Origin: Octopus bimaculoides
Lineage: Eukaryota
Direction: 5' to 3'
Assembly (NCBI RefSeq): GCF_001194135.2
Contig: NC_069002.1
Coordinates: 2,370,733-2,434,732, forward strand
Length of the DNA stretch: 64,000 nucleotides
Below the pieces are notes generated by a model. The model ran no database searches and was not told the DNA's origin. It worked only from the letters and a program-made list of their open reading frames with translations. Of the stretch, positions 1 through 12,433 are shown one piece after another. A program made the translations under genes and the position numbers. Every line of letters begins with the position of its first letter. Position 1 is the stretch's first letter.

Positions 1-513
1 ACATTGTCGATCAACTCAGAGAGCCATTATCCTCCTGGAATCGTATTATTAACAAAACTATTGTACATTGTCTATTTATTACCCTTTCATGTTTCACTCT
101 CTTTATACTCAAGATGTAATATAATACTATTGATCTGTCCGCTAGGCTGATACCAAAACTCCAATATAATTCCTTGGTTAAAAGAAGTTATGAGTTTGCG
201 TACAAACTAATATTTAGCTACGGTCTCTTATTGAAACATTTTCATTTCATTTATGACGAAGAGTTTGCTACAATTTAGCCAAAGTTACTACGAACGACCA
301 ATTTGGTCTGTTTGTATATCTATCATTATATTGTCTAATGTCTCCTCAACTTCCGGAAGAACGCGAACTTAGTTTCAAAGTCACTTGTATAATGTATACG
401 TGTTAGTTGGTGTTGAGGTAGAGAATAATGCCGATATGCGACGTAATCGGATTCGAAATGTCGCTATTACAAATGACATACTTTTGATTTGGTATGATTT
501 GTGCATATCAAAT

Positions 514-557
<44 letters not shown>

Positions 558-1283
558 GTATGTATATGACAGTGTATGCAGGGACACGTATATGTCTTTA
601 TGAATCGTGAATTAATATCGAAGTTAGTATTAATATATTTATTTCCACACAGAAGTCTTCATTTGATTGCTTTATATTATTTACATTGTATCATAGTATT
701 ATATATTTCACATACAAATAATCTACAAAAAATAGTAAATACTAACGGCAAACATATAGAAGACCATGGGTGGCTTTGTTATTTTCTGCGTGTTACAAGA
801 TATTGAGGATGAGCTGCACCTCCTCAAGTGACGTTGTTAACTATTACTTAACGCTATAGAGGTTTCTTATTCTGTTTGAGTTTAGCAGTTTTAAAGCAAT
901 CTGATTCCAGTTTTTCGATGCGGAGCTTTAGCCACGGGTCGTTAAAAGGTGAAGATGGCTCCGATGAACAGCAAAGCAATAGCTATACGTTTTACATTGA
1001 AGAGGCATTCTCTTAAGTGAGTTGCCTTATAGTAATTGATAGCTCCACGTAAGTTAGATTTGCCAGAAAGCCATCGAAGAAAGTACCCGACTGTCTCAGG
1101 GAAACCATCTCTTCATTTTGTCTACAGCTTGCTCTAACTACCTTTTTTCTTCTTGAAGTCACTCACAAGGTCGCTAGGGCTTGTACTTAAAGTTTCTAAG
1201 ATGACATGCTAAATACCCAGTAGCTAGAATTTTGTCAGTTGGTATTATGCTAGGACTGAGTATACCTGAGAGAACTGATATGT

Positions 1284-1292
1284 GCATACATA

Positions 1293-1352
<60 letters not shown>

Positions 1353-1377
1353 TCAATTNNNNNNNNNNGCATACATA

Positions 1378-1437
<60 letters not shown>

Positions 1438-1443
1438 TCAATT
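1284..1443. other. 75-bp sequence duplicated across a 10-N gap (probable overlapping contig ends)
   Basis: GCATACATAATA(CA)nTATTCAATT occurs at 1284-1358 and again at 1369-1443 with the same length, separated only by 10 N. Confidence 0.85.
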
Positions 1444-2206
1444 CACATATATATCAGCCTTGACTGGAATCAGGTTTAGTTCACGTAGTAATGACTGGTT
1501 TTGTTTTTATATTGTTTGAGATAGTTATGTATCATCTGAAGAAAGTATCTTTATTACTTCGAATGTAATGTACTCATTAGTCTATTAAACAATATCGTGA
1601 CAAACAGCTATAATGAAGCGACATTTATCCATCATTTCTTATTTATTTTTTTTATTTTTTTATTTTTTCAATATATACATAGTGTGTGTATATTATGAGA
1701 CTCCCTGTACTTGTGAAAGCGGAGAATTCTTTACAATAAATCCAGCTTATATGATACTATGCTGCCAGTGTTGTGTGTCCTGTTCACATCATGACATATT
1801 AGCTAGAATTAGGTGGAGAAGAATTTTCGGCAACATATATGCCGGGATAATTGTATACGGCACCACTCAGCGATGACATTATTACACCAGCAACTTTATA
1901 TGTTCCTGATATAATAACAAAATAACATTGATTTGATAATTTTATCAGTGGAGTTGTGGTACCGTTATACAGATTTTTGTCCAATGTGGAAGAACCGAAC
2001 GATGAAACTCCTTATCAGGAAACTGATAAGTACGTACGTGTTTACGACAGAGAGATCGAATTGCATAACAGTAATGGAAAATAGATAAATAAATATATCA
2101 ATATATATTGGCCAAAGAAATGGAATATCGAAATTTGTTAATATAGATAAATAAGAACAACCCTACGAAACAGCGATCCAGGCGTGAAAGAGATTGATAA
2201 AGAGAA

Positions 2207-2257
<51 letters not shown>

Positions 2258-2343
2258 CTGTGTGTTTGTGCGCGCGCGTGTGTGTGTGAGTGTNNNNNNN
2301 NNNATGCGTGTGAGTGTGTGTGTGTGTGTATGTGTGTGTGTGT

Positions 2344-2384
<41 letters not shown>

Positions 2385-3468
2385 TGTGTGTGCATATGTA
2401 CAGGAAGAGAAACATTGATATCTTATGTATGCATGAGATGAAACATGAAAAGAAATATTCAGAAATCATACTCCCTCTCTCCTTCAACCAATTTCCTCTC
2501 TCTTTCTACCTCTCGCCTCTCTCCGCATCTCCTTCATCCACTTTTCTCTCTCTCCCTCTCCCATCTCTTTCTTCTTCTTTTGATTTTTTCTCTCTCTCTC
2601 TCCTTCACTTTATACACAGGGTTTCGTCAAAATAATGGAGATTCACAATAGTCAAATGGAATTTCTATTATATGATGTGGAGTTGGTCCAGTTTTCTATG
2701 AATCAGGCTTTAAATCCACAAGGAATTGACTCGTTCATTTTTGTGAACGGTTGTTAGGTATGTGACATTAAGAGCCTGATATATAAACAATGTCTACAAG
2801 TCACTGAGATTGATTGTATTCTGAAATATACACTCGTGACGAAAAATATACGGATTAGTCGAAATTTCTTATACTTTTAAACCTTCGTCATTTCGAACAA
2901 AGTTACTGTATAGAAAACAATTACGGTAATAAGATTTAACGTTTATTTCACGCGAGTTTCATTGATGAAAACTTGTAATACGCAAGGAATTACCTCACAG
3001 TAAGAATACGTTTACAAATCATGAAAAGGAGAGANNNNNNNNNNNNNNNNNNNNNNNNNNNNNNNNNNNNNNNNNNNNNNNNNNNNNNNNNNNNNNNNNN
3101 NNNNNNNNNNNNNNNNNNNNNNNNNNNNNNNNNNNNNNNNNNNNNNNNNNNNNNNNNNNNNNNNNNNNNNNNNNNNNNNNNNNNNNNNNNNNNNNNNNNN
3201 NNNNNNNNNNNNNNNNNNNNNNNNNNNNNNNNNNNNNNNNNNNNNNNNNNNNNNNNNNNNNNNNNNNNNNNNNNNNNNNNTATGCATATGTATGTATTTA
3301 TATAAATATATATATATATATATTTATTTATTTATTTATATAAATATATATATATGTATGTATTTATGTATATGTATGTATATATACATAATTATATATA
3401 TACACACACACATATATATGTGTATATGTATTTATGTATATGTATATATATATGTATGTATATATATA

Positions 3469-3568
<100 letters not shown>

Positions 3569-3587
3569 TATACACATAGATAGATAA

Positions 3588-3640
<53 letters not shown>

Positions 3641-4498
3641 CAGATAAAAAGATAGATACAGTAGGCGATGTATTCCAGCTGGAGCTTTTACGACATTAAC
3701 TCATTCCAATGTCATGAGTCACAGACACTTGACACGATACAGTGTGAAGTACGAATAATTACAATTGTCCTCGCAACTGTTACAAAAAAAAGAAAAAAAA
3801 AAGAAAATAACATTATAATCTCTTTGCATTGTGTACTGCATTGAAATTTTCAGCTGTATCTACATGTTAGTACAATACACACACACACACAAACAAACAG
3901 AAACATATACACACCACAAAAAATCGATCACACACTCATAAATACTTATACGTATAACCACGCACAAATAGATCTATATTTATATACACATAGCGGAATT
4001 GGTGAGAGAAAACATGTTTGTGCCTGCGTGTTTGGAAAAGAAATCAATGTATTTTCTTACATAAATTTCTGTTTAACATACTCCATTCTCCATTCAAAAG
4101 AATTTATATTCCTTTTATTCAATGATTCTATTCTAATTATATTATCTAGTTAAATCTCATTTGAAAGTATTATTCAATTCACATATATACCAGCATATGT
4201 ACAATGCTCAAACATATTTCTCTACATGAAAAGTAAGATCTATATGTGCATCAACATCTGTACGTATATATATCCATACATACATAGAAACACACACACG
4301 CATACACGCGCGCGCGCTCACACACGGGCATATATATATATAAATATGAATAGAAATAGAAAGAGAGAAAGAGACGGGGGAGAAAAAGAACAATGAGAAA
4401 GAGACACAGAGAGATTGATAAAAAGAAGTAAAGATGTATATATATATATATATATATACTGGTACGTATGTATATAATTATACACACACACACATACA

Positions 4499-4568
<70 letters not shown>

Positions 4569-4779
4569 GAAACAAGCAAATATATACCGACATATATTTT
4601 GTTCGTAACAAACCCGAGGTCTCTGGAAGATTAACAATTGAGAATGGCTTAGGAAAATTGCAAGCTTGTAGTACTAGATATTGCGTTAAAATTAATGCAG
4701 GTTGATGGGGAGTAGGAAAGATGACAGCCAAAACAAATGTAATGAAAGGACCTAATACAACAGCAACAAGAAAAGCTAC

Positions 4780-4972
4780 GGTGGGTGAAATGCTTATCAT
4801 CTGCATTTCGTCTGCTCTTACGTTCTGAGTTCAAATTCCGTCGCGGTTGATATTGCCTTTCATCCTTTTGGGTCGATAAAATTAATACCAGTTACGCACT
4901 GCGGTCGATGTAATCGACTTAATCCTTTCCCCCAAATTTGAGGGCTTATGCTCCTACTGGAAGGGATATTAT
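4780..4972 (+). mobile_element. tRNA-derived SINE, group A (5'-truncated)
   Basis: Pol III B-box-like GTTCAAATTC at 4829-4838, then GCCTTTCATCCTTTTGGGTCGATAAAATTAATACCAG and GGTCGATGTAATCGAC. Homologous to the copies at 20462, 24440, 42678 and 53933. Confidence 0.85.
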
Positions 4973-5027
4973 ATGCCTATGTGTGTGTGTGTGGGGGGGG
5001 GGTATTGTGGATTTTTATATACATATG

Positions 5028-5098
5028 TGACTACGGCAATGCTGGGGCACTGCCTTTAGTCGAAGAAATTGACCCCAGAACTTATTCTTTGTAAGTCT
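5028..5098 (-). mobile_element. SINE 3' segment, group D, cut by a gap
   Basis: ATGCTGGGGCACTGCCTTTAGTCGAAGAAATTGACCCCAGAACTTATTCTTTGTAAG matches 31461-31567 and the reverse complement of 40986-41043. Confidence 0.75.
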
Positions 5099-5188
5099 NN
5101 NNNNNNNNNNNNNNNNNNNNNNNNNNNNNNNNNNNNNNNNNNNNNNNNNNNNNNNNNNNNNNNNNNNNNNNNNNNNNNNNNNNNNNNN

Positions 5189-5231
<43 letters not shown>

Positions 5232-6058
5232 TTATGTATATATATACGCCTTCATATAAAGAGTTTTGCAATGTTTTACATGACAAAAGTAGGAAAATAT
5301 TACAAAGAAATTCCTTTAGCTTCGATTTTATATCCTGATGATTTTAAGCCCTGGAATCATTACCCTCACCACATTTGTTATTTATCACCATCCTCATCGT
5401 CATCACCCTCCTAAGAACGATTCTTGATTTTCGCTTCCTCATAGCGATTATTATCATAATCATGATCCTCGTCATCATCGTCGACGTCGGCGTTGTCGTC
5501 ATCTTCATCATCATCATCGTTATTTTTATTCGTATTCTTGCTATTATTGCTGTTACAGAAAACAAAAAATATATATATTTATAATAAAAGGACCACTTTT
5601 CGATTTTTTTTTTCTGCATAAGCAAAATCCAAGTCAGATTATAGACATGAGAAAAGGGAAAAGATTGAATACAAATGACAGACTTGCAGTTAGTACCCAT
5701 GCGTTATGGGAGGTTTTGTATGAATAAGAAACTCTCTCCACCAAAAATCTATAATAATTTTTACTGTTTTTATTTGTTTTCTTTTTATTTTTAACATAGA
5801 TGTCTTTTTTCCGCTTTTGTATTTTTCCGTCAACCTTCCTTTGTGAACATTCTTTATTCATTTATCGGTTTTCCCTTCGCGTCTTTGTGAATATATATAA
5901 TCTACCTATCTGTCTATGCCTGTCTATCTATCTGTCTGTTTGTCCGTCTGTCTGTCTGTCTGTCTTTCTGTCTGTATGTATGTCTGCCTATTTGTCTGTC
6001 CCTCTAATTATCTATCGTCTATATATGTATCTACCATCCTACCTATCTCTCTACATGT

Positions 6059-6431
6059 ATGCGATGAAAAGCTGAATAGTTCATGGGCTGACTCTGACAA
6101 AGTGATGCCAGAACTGTGAAATCCTTGTTACTAATAAATGTATTGTCGTTTCCCATGTAAATTGATATCAAAACTTCACGTGTAACTAGTAGCGACATCT
6201 TGGGTTTTATCAAGTACCTGCAGAAAAGAGTTTAGCCCGCAAGGGGCTGAACTACTACTAGGGGATTACACTCAAGTTTTACCATCAGTGCAAAATGGAG
6301 AGGAAGGGAGAGTCCTGATGATGACCCAAGATGTGGAAGTCCTGCACCTGCCACCACTGAGGAAAGCATTAATCATGTTCTCCACATAGCGATGGATCCA
6401 TCACTATGTGGAGAACATGGTTAATGCTTTC
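6059..6431 (+). mobile_element. Degenerate mariner-family DNA transposon, 5' part
   Basis: TIR-like GCTGAATAGTTCATGGGCTGAC matches the start of the 12434 element. GATGACCCAAGATGTGGAAGTCCTGCACCTGCCACCACTGAGGAAAGCATT aligns with the DDxRSxRPATAITEE region at 12765-12810. May continue weakly to about 6540. Confidence 0.8.
6362..6431. repeat. 70-bp near-perfect spacerless palindrome inside the mariner relic
   Basis: GAAAGCATTAATCATGTTCTCCACATAGCGATGGA|TCCATCACTATGTGGAGAACATGGTTAATGCTTTC: 35-bp arms with 2 non-Watson-Crick positions, centred at 6396/6397. Confidence 0.95.
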
Positions 6432-7210
6432 TTGAGGCGCATGAGCAAGTGGATTTTATTGACTCTAGTATGTGACCAGAAGTTTACTTCGTCGACGAAA
6501 GGCAAACTTCAGCTATGCAAGTATTGAAACCAGAATGCAAATGACCGGTACAAATGCAACTAAGCATTTTGTCTCTGCCCCACCAATCTTAATTTGCTTT
6601 AACAATGCTATAATTCGCAAATGGAATAGCTGAAGATTATAACAAAGCAGCGAAAATAAAAATATTTCGTTTGGAGTTGTACTTTGACGAAAATGTCTTA
6701 TTCGTTCATACTAGTGTACTTTCCAAGTGGAACATAATGACAGGGCTGTAGCTATTGGACATCCGATATATTTACCAATATATCTCGATCAACACCCGAC
6801 TCCTTTTGAACAAAGATGATCACACATTCCTCAATAACAATAACAAAACAATATCAGTGCATAAATAAATAAAATAAGATATCATCGATGAATGAATAGT
6901 AAATGAAATACAGAGAATAAATATAAAATAAATGAAAAAAATGTAAATAGGCTCCGGTTTTCTATTGAATGCCGAATATCAAGAAACAGGGGATGAAAGG
7001 GAAAATCGAAAAGCCCCAACTATGAATCATTATTACCCTCGAAAGGGGTTTTATATTTCCTCAACTAGAAGGAGGTACAATCAATACAGCTATAGATTGA
7101 CTTTTTTGTTTAATTCAAAATACTTTTAGTTGGGGATATTCTCCTTCATCAGAAACGGTTATCAGTATTATTATTATTAGTAGTAACAGCAACAACAACA
7201 ACAACAACAC

Positions 7211-7281
<71 letters not shown>

Positions 7282-7454
7282 TAATAATAATAATAATGAT
7301 AATAATTATGNNNNNNNNNNNNNNNNNNNNNNNNNNNNNNNNNNNNNNNNNNNNNNNNNNNNNNNNNNNNNNNNNNNNNNNNNNNNNNNNNNNNNNNNNN
7401 TATATATATATATATTTGTTTTGCAAGATTTTTGATGTGAAGGAAGGAAACAAA

Positions 7455-7499
7455 GGACCACTGATGAGGTCACAGAAGTGTGACGAAAGAACTCTGGCC
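7455..7499 (+). ncRNA. Minimal type I hammerhead ribozyme motif (Penelope-like element/retrozyme type)
   Basis: CTGATGA core at 7461-7467, one extra G at 7468, stem II GTCACA/TGTGAC with a GAAG loop (7469-7484), GAAA at 7485-7488, 2-bp stem III (A7488-T7493, G7489-C7492, AA loop), CUC cleavage triplet ending at C7494, and stem I CCA/TGG extended by GG/CC around a bulged A. Confidence 0.65.
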
Positions 7500-8034
7500 G
7501 AAATAAGATTAAGATTAATGTAATATAAAGCTGAAGCAAATTAACACCAAATATATATATATATATATATATGCACATGGCTGTCTCTTCTCGGTCTTTC
7601 GCTTACGCAGCGCTGTCAGCCGTCACTGGTAGTAGTAAACACATTTGACCTCCGCTGAACCGAAAGGATGCGAAGATCCTTTTGTTTCTATGGCTGACCT
7701 CTCCACCATCTGCCGAATCTATTTATAGACCTGTAGTGGCTCATTTATACGACAGTCCATCAAACCTTATCACAGAAACTGCAAATGACATATTTGAAAA
7801 TATATCCCTTCATATACACAATCGAGATCGTTACCCATAGAATACTTTTGATTTGACTTTTGGTGAATCTGGATTCATCTGAAGCTACTTATTAACATGC
7901 TTGTTTTTGCAATTTAGCTTCTTTTTTTTTTCTTCTTCTAATTTAGTACTTTTCCTTGTTTTCCCCCACTTGAGTGTTTTTGAAAGTTTTTTTTTTGTTT
8001 TGCAATTTTGTGGGAAATTTTAGTGTAGAGTACA

Positions 8035-8175
8035 ATCGATTAGATCAACGCCTCTATTTGACACGAAATTTTTTAACACAGGGGAGATGAAGGATAAGGC
8101 TGACCTCAGTGGCATTAGAACTCACGATTCAAAGAACGTGAGGAATAACGCACGGCATATTTTCCAACGCTCTGA
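8035..8175 (-). mobile_element. Highly degenerate SINE, group A
   Basis: TCGATTAGATCAACGCC ... GATGAAGGATAAGGCTGACCTCAGTGGCATTAGAACTCA resembles the minus-strand group A copies at 24540-24620 and 42730-42820. Confidence 0.55.
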
Positions 8176-8994
8176 AGCACTTCGAATATAATATCTATTA
8201 AATATTCAACGTCCCACTCCGTTTCAACTTCCGTTATTCCCTACGATGTTTCGACAGAGTTCTTTGTATTAGTATGCACTTATTGTATATCTTTCTTTAC
8301 GATATAAATAATAACTAAACGCTATACACTTGTATCCAACATATTCTAATTTAATACATGTCACAAAATCCATTACATTGCTTTTTATCTTTTAACGTAA
8401 GCTATGAGAGCAGTGAGAGATGTTGAAAAGCATCATCGAGATTTCGTTCAAAATATCCATAAGCAGGCAGGCTTTCTAAGAACATTCTTTTCACAAAGTA
8501 AAATACTATGTTAATATAGATTATTATTTATCAATATTAGAGATTCTTTGAGGATGTATCGATGTAGATCAATATATCACAGTGTTTGATATACATATTT
8601 ATACTAAAATCAATATGTATATGTATTTGAATAGCTCACTGTATTTGATTTGCAAGTGTTCTAATAAGGATTTTGGCAGCAAATCTGACTCACCGCCTCA
8701 AAAGATATACCGACGTCACGTTTATATTGGATTGCTGCGCCAAACATTTACGCTTCATCTATTTATTTAAGTACCTCATTATTCAGCACAAGTTAAATAT
8801 GTATTTTTTTCTATCTGACACTAAGTTAAGTAAAGGATCTATCTATCTCTCTTTCTGTCTGTCTGTCAGCCTATCTATCTATGTATCTATTTTTCTATAT
8901 ATTCATACATAGATACATACATAAATGCATACATACATACATACATACATACATACATACATACATACACACACACATATATATATATATACAT

Positions 8995-9025
<31 letters not shown>

Positions 9026-10045
9026 TANNNNNNNNNNNNNNNNNNNNNNNNNNNNNNNNNNNNNNNNNNNNNNNNNNNNNNNNNNNNNNNNNNNNNNNNN
9101 NNNNNNNNNNNNNNNNNNNNNNNNNNNNNNNNNNNNNNNNNNNNNNNNNNNNNNNNNNNNNNNNNNNNNNNNNNNNNNNNNNNNNNNNNNNNNNNNNNNN
9201 NNNNNNNNNNNNNNNNNNNNNNNNNNNNNNNNNNNNNNNNNNNNNNNNNNNNNNNNNNNNNNNNNNNNNNNNNNNNNNNNNNNNNNNNNNNNNNNNNNNN
9301 NNNNNNNNNNNNNNNNNNNNNNNNNNNNNNNNNNNNNNNNNNNNNNNNNNNTGTATGTATGAAGGTACATAAATATTTTTCTTTGTGAAAGGAAAAATAT
9401 TTTTCACCGCCACAAAAACCAACATTCAAAGGAGAGGAAACAGGACAGTAACAGAGAGAGAGGGGGGAGAGATGGTGAGGGAGAGAGAAGGAGAGAGGGG
9501 GTAATAAAGAGACATATAGAGTGACAGAGAAAAAGAAAGAAAGAATAATGTATGAGGAAGTTAGTTTTTTTGTAGCCAGTGTATAAAACTTGTAATGGCC
9601 CTCTCGTTGACTCGCAATTAAACTCTGTCGTGTTCCACTTTCTATGACATATATAGTCATATCTTCATTTCAAATTCAATATTAGATCGAAAATGAATAC
9701 GTGAGCCATACATCAATGGAAAGAGAATATGAGTAATATACCAGCAATATTCCGGCTGATTTTATATTGAATTTATAATCAATCATAAAACACAGCATCA
9801 TTTATTATTTTATGTAATACTGTAATTGAGTTTCAGTTCTTTGTGTGTGTGTGTGAGCATGTGTGTGTTTATGTGTGTATCTGTGTATTTGTGACGCTGA
9901 TGGATACAGATATGACGCATTCCTCTCACACACATAACTGATTCTAATGTTCAAGCGCGGAAGCCCCTGCGCTTCCAGGGATATTTAGAAATCCTTGCGG
10001 AGCTCCGACAAGTGAGATGTCTTGGAGTACTATAGCGTCCACAGA

Positions 10046-10138
10046 TATAGTGTAATGTAATAATGTGTATACTCATTATAGTGTAATGTAATAATGTGTA
10101 TACTCATTATAGTGTAATGTAATAATGTGTATACTCAT
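10046..10138. repeat. Tandem minisatellite, 31 bp x 3 exact copies
   Basis: TATAGTGTAATGTAATAATGTGTATACTCAT at 10046, 10077 and 10108. Confidence 0.97.
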
Positions 10139-10519
10139 TAGTTCTTCCTAAAATAGCAGCCGTCATACGATCAGATTTATACAGGGAGAGTAAGTGTTAT
10201 GTAGAAGTCTAGGCGTTGCCTTGAAAAATAGATAGAAGGGGATTGAGGGAACCCAGACCGGTCGTTTTAATCCTTGCATCGGTGATCTTTGAACGACACG
10301 AATGTGAATGTCACGAAAGGGAGAGAGAGTGATGGAGAGAAAGAGAGTAGGCAGATGAAGTATCAGTCTATACATGATGACTTAAAGTCGTAAATAGTAA
10401 CAAAGGTCAACCTATACAAAAAAAAAAAAAAGTAGAATAGCAGGTATTTTTGCATCAAAGTTTTTAGAAGCGCTGCAATATAGACCTAATCCTAAACATA
10501 CCTTCTAAAAAGATCTCAT

Positions 10520-11517
10520 ATTCCATACAAAAACTTAAGGACAATTTCAACCTTATCATTCCCACCACAGCTAAATTGCAAACGTCTATTATGCTTTATA
10601 TTTAATTTTGCATTTCTATTTCTAATTACGGGAGTTTTATAATTATTAGCAAATTTTCTTCCACATATACAAGATGCTTATAATAATTTTTTTACTTCTA
10701 TTTTACGTTTCACTCATCCAAAAGGTTACTTCTTCGCCATTTCGTTCATATAATGTTATCTAAATGCCAATTTTTCACATTTCCCTCTAAATTACATCTC
10801 CTTTATTTAAATTTTGCAGCTCTCAGCTGTGTTTGCCTCCACACTTATTCTTCCTTTCTTTCCCAAGTAATTAAATACTTGAATTTACATCTCGATATCG
10901 CTCCTCTAATACAAACTTATCTAGATTCCTTCAGCATATTTGTTTAATCTTGACCCATCTTTCGAATCTACTTTCTTGATTGTACTTCAATGGCTTTCTA
11001 ACTAATTAAATACATTATTTAAAATCCCTTGATAGACCGTCAATTTCTATACAATTTCATGCGATAGACAGAGCTCGATGATTTATATATATGGAGCTTG
11101 TGACGATCCTAATTTCTTCAGAGTATCTTAATTAAATAATGATTAGACTACTCACTCTCTTATGTTATCACGTTTCAGCTTCAATTTAAATTTTCTGGCA
11201 TTTTCTTCGCATATCTTTATTCATTTAAACCCGAATTAATAAGCTCCACCACGTTATTCATTCCTGTGCCTATTATAGCCTAATCCTCTTTCTTCGTTAT
11301 ATTCCATTTGACATTGCCCCTCCAGGCAATTTTTCAAGTCAAAGCCTTTTCATTTATGTTTAATAAATAATTATAATTGCCGTCTCTCTTCAATGAAATG
11401 TTCCAATCAAAATTGTAAACCAATGACAGCTTACCAATTAGTATTACACGCATGCACACACAACACACACTTTCACACACTGACATCCACACGCAAGCAT
11501 GCAAACACACAAAATTG

Positions 11518-11574
<57 letters not shown>

Positions 11575-11900
11575 TGTGCACAGATTTTAATATTCATCTA
11601 TCTTTGAGAACATATATTTTACGCAATATTACTGTTCAAATACATTTTAAATATTCTTCTTCAATGAAACCCTTTCGGCCTTTTTATCTTTGATGGAATC
11701 TTTGACTTCGATTTAATATTCCATGTTTCATTTATATTCCAGAGCTAACCGGCTATACATTATTACTCTTCCAACTAATTTCAGCTTAACTTCTTAAATT
11801 AATACCTTACTTTCTGCTATCTAGATATTATAATTGAACTTAAAAGTAAACTCAATAATTAATATTTTTACTTACTTCAAATAGTTTTAATTAGTAGTCT
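10520..11900 (-). mobile_element. Possible very old L1/Tx1-clade LINE ORF2 3' relic interrupted by microsatellites
   Basis: The minus strand is strongly purine-rich. Broken frames give KLKLVGRVINV (~11780), KIPSKI (~11690) and KIAW plus EERGLG (~11330-11280), in the order expected for post-RT L1 motifs (LSxxGR, KxAW, EGGLG). Many stops and frameshifts; motif matches are by eye only. Confidence 0.25.
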
Positions 11901-12136
11901 GTGAAGTTGTGGAATTAAGATAAAGTATGCTATGAGGTGGAAATATCTATATAAATTTATATGCACGCACGCATACACAAACACACACACATGCGTACAC
12001 ACACATATTCGTAGATATATGCATATGTATATGTATATATATATGCATACTCTCATATCTATCTATTTATCTATATATGCGAATATGCATATGTACATAC
12101 ATAGATAAATATATACAAATATATCTATGTACGTGC

Positions 12137-12195
<59 letters not shown>

Positions 12196-12433
12196 GTACG
12201 CATATATGTAGGTATGTAAAATTATTTATCTATGTCTCTATCTATGCATCTGTCTAACTGTCTGCCTATGTAAGTTTGCATGTATGTATTTATGTATGTA
12301 TGTGTCTATCTATGTATCTGTGTCTCTCTCTGTTTTTCTTTCTACATATATTGTGCATTACTGTGTTCCCTTACATCTACGTCGACTACGAAAGACTACT
12401 CCAGTCAAACCTATATTTTATGTATTACTTTTA

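Noticed and set aside
852-1110. Overlapping ~55-codon open frames on both strands (FSMRSFSHGSLKGEDG...; GYFLRWLSGKSNLRGAINYYKA...)
   Set aside because: Short, no convincing family match, and no consistent splice-site pair with an open frame.
1800-2084. Protein-looking frame LELGGEEF...FDNFISGVVVPLYRFLSNVEEPNDETPYQETDKY
   Set aside because: Interrupted by three stops, with no recognisable domain. The stop spacing is not clearly unusual for this composition.
10046-10138. 31-bp repeats as a CRISPR array
   Set aside because: The copies are contiguous with no spacers, there are no cas genes, and the context is eukaryotic.
10158-10195. Possible 30-nt microexon PSYDQIYTGR before GTAAGT
   Set aside because: Weak acceptor, and too short to distinguish from chance.
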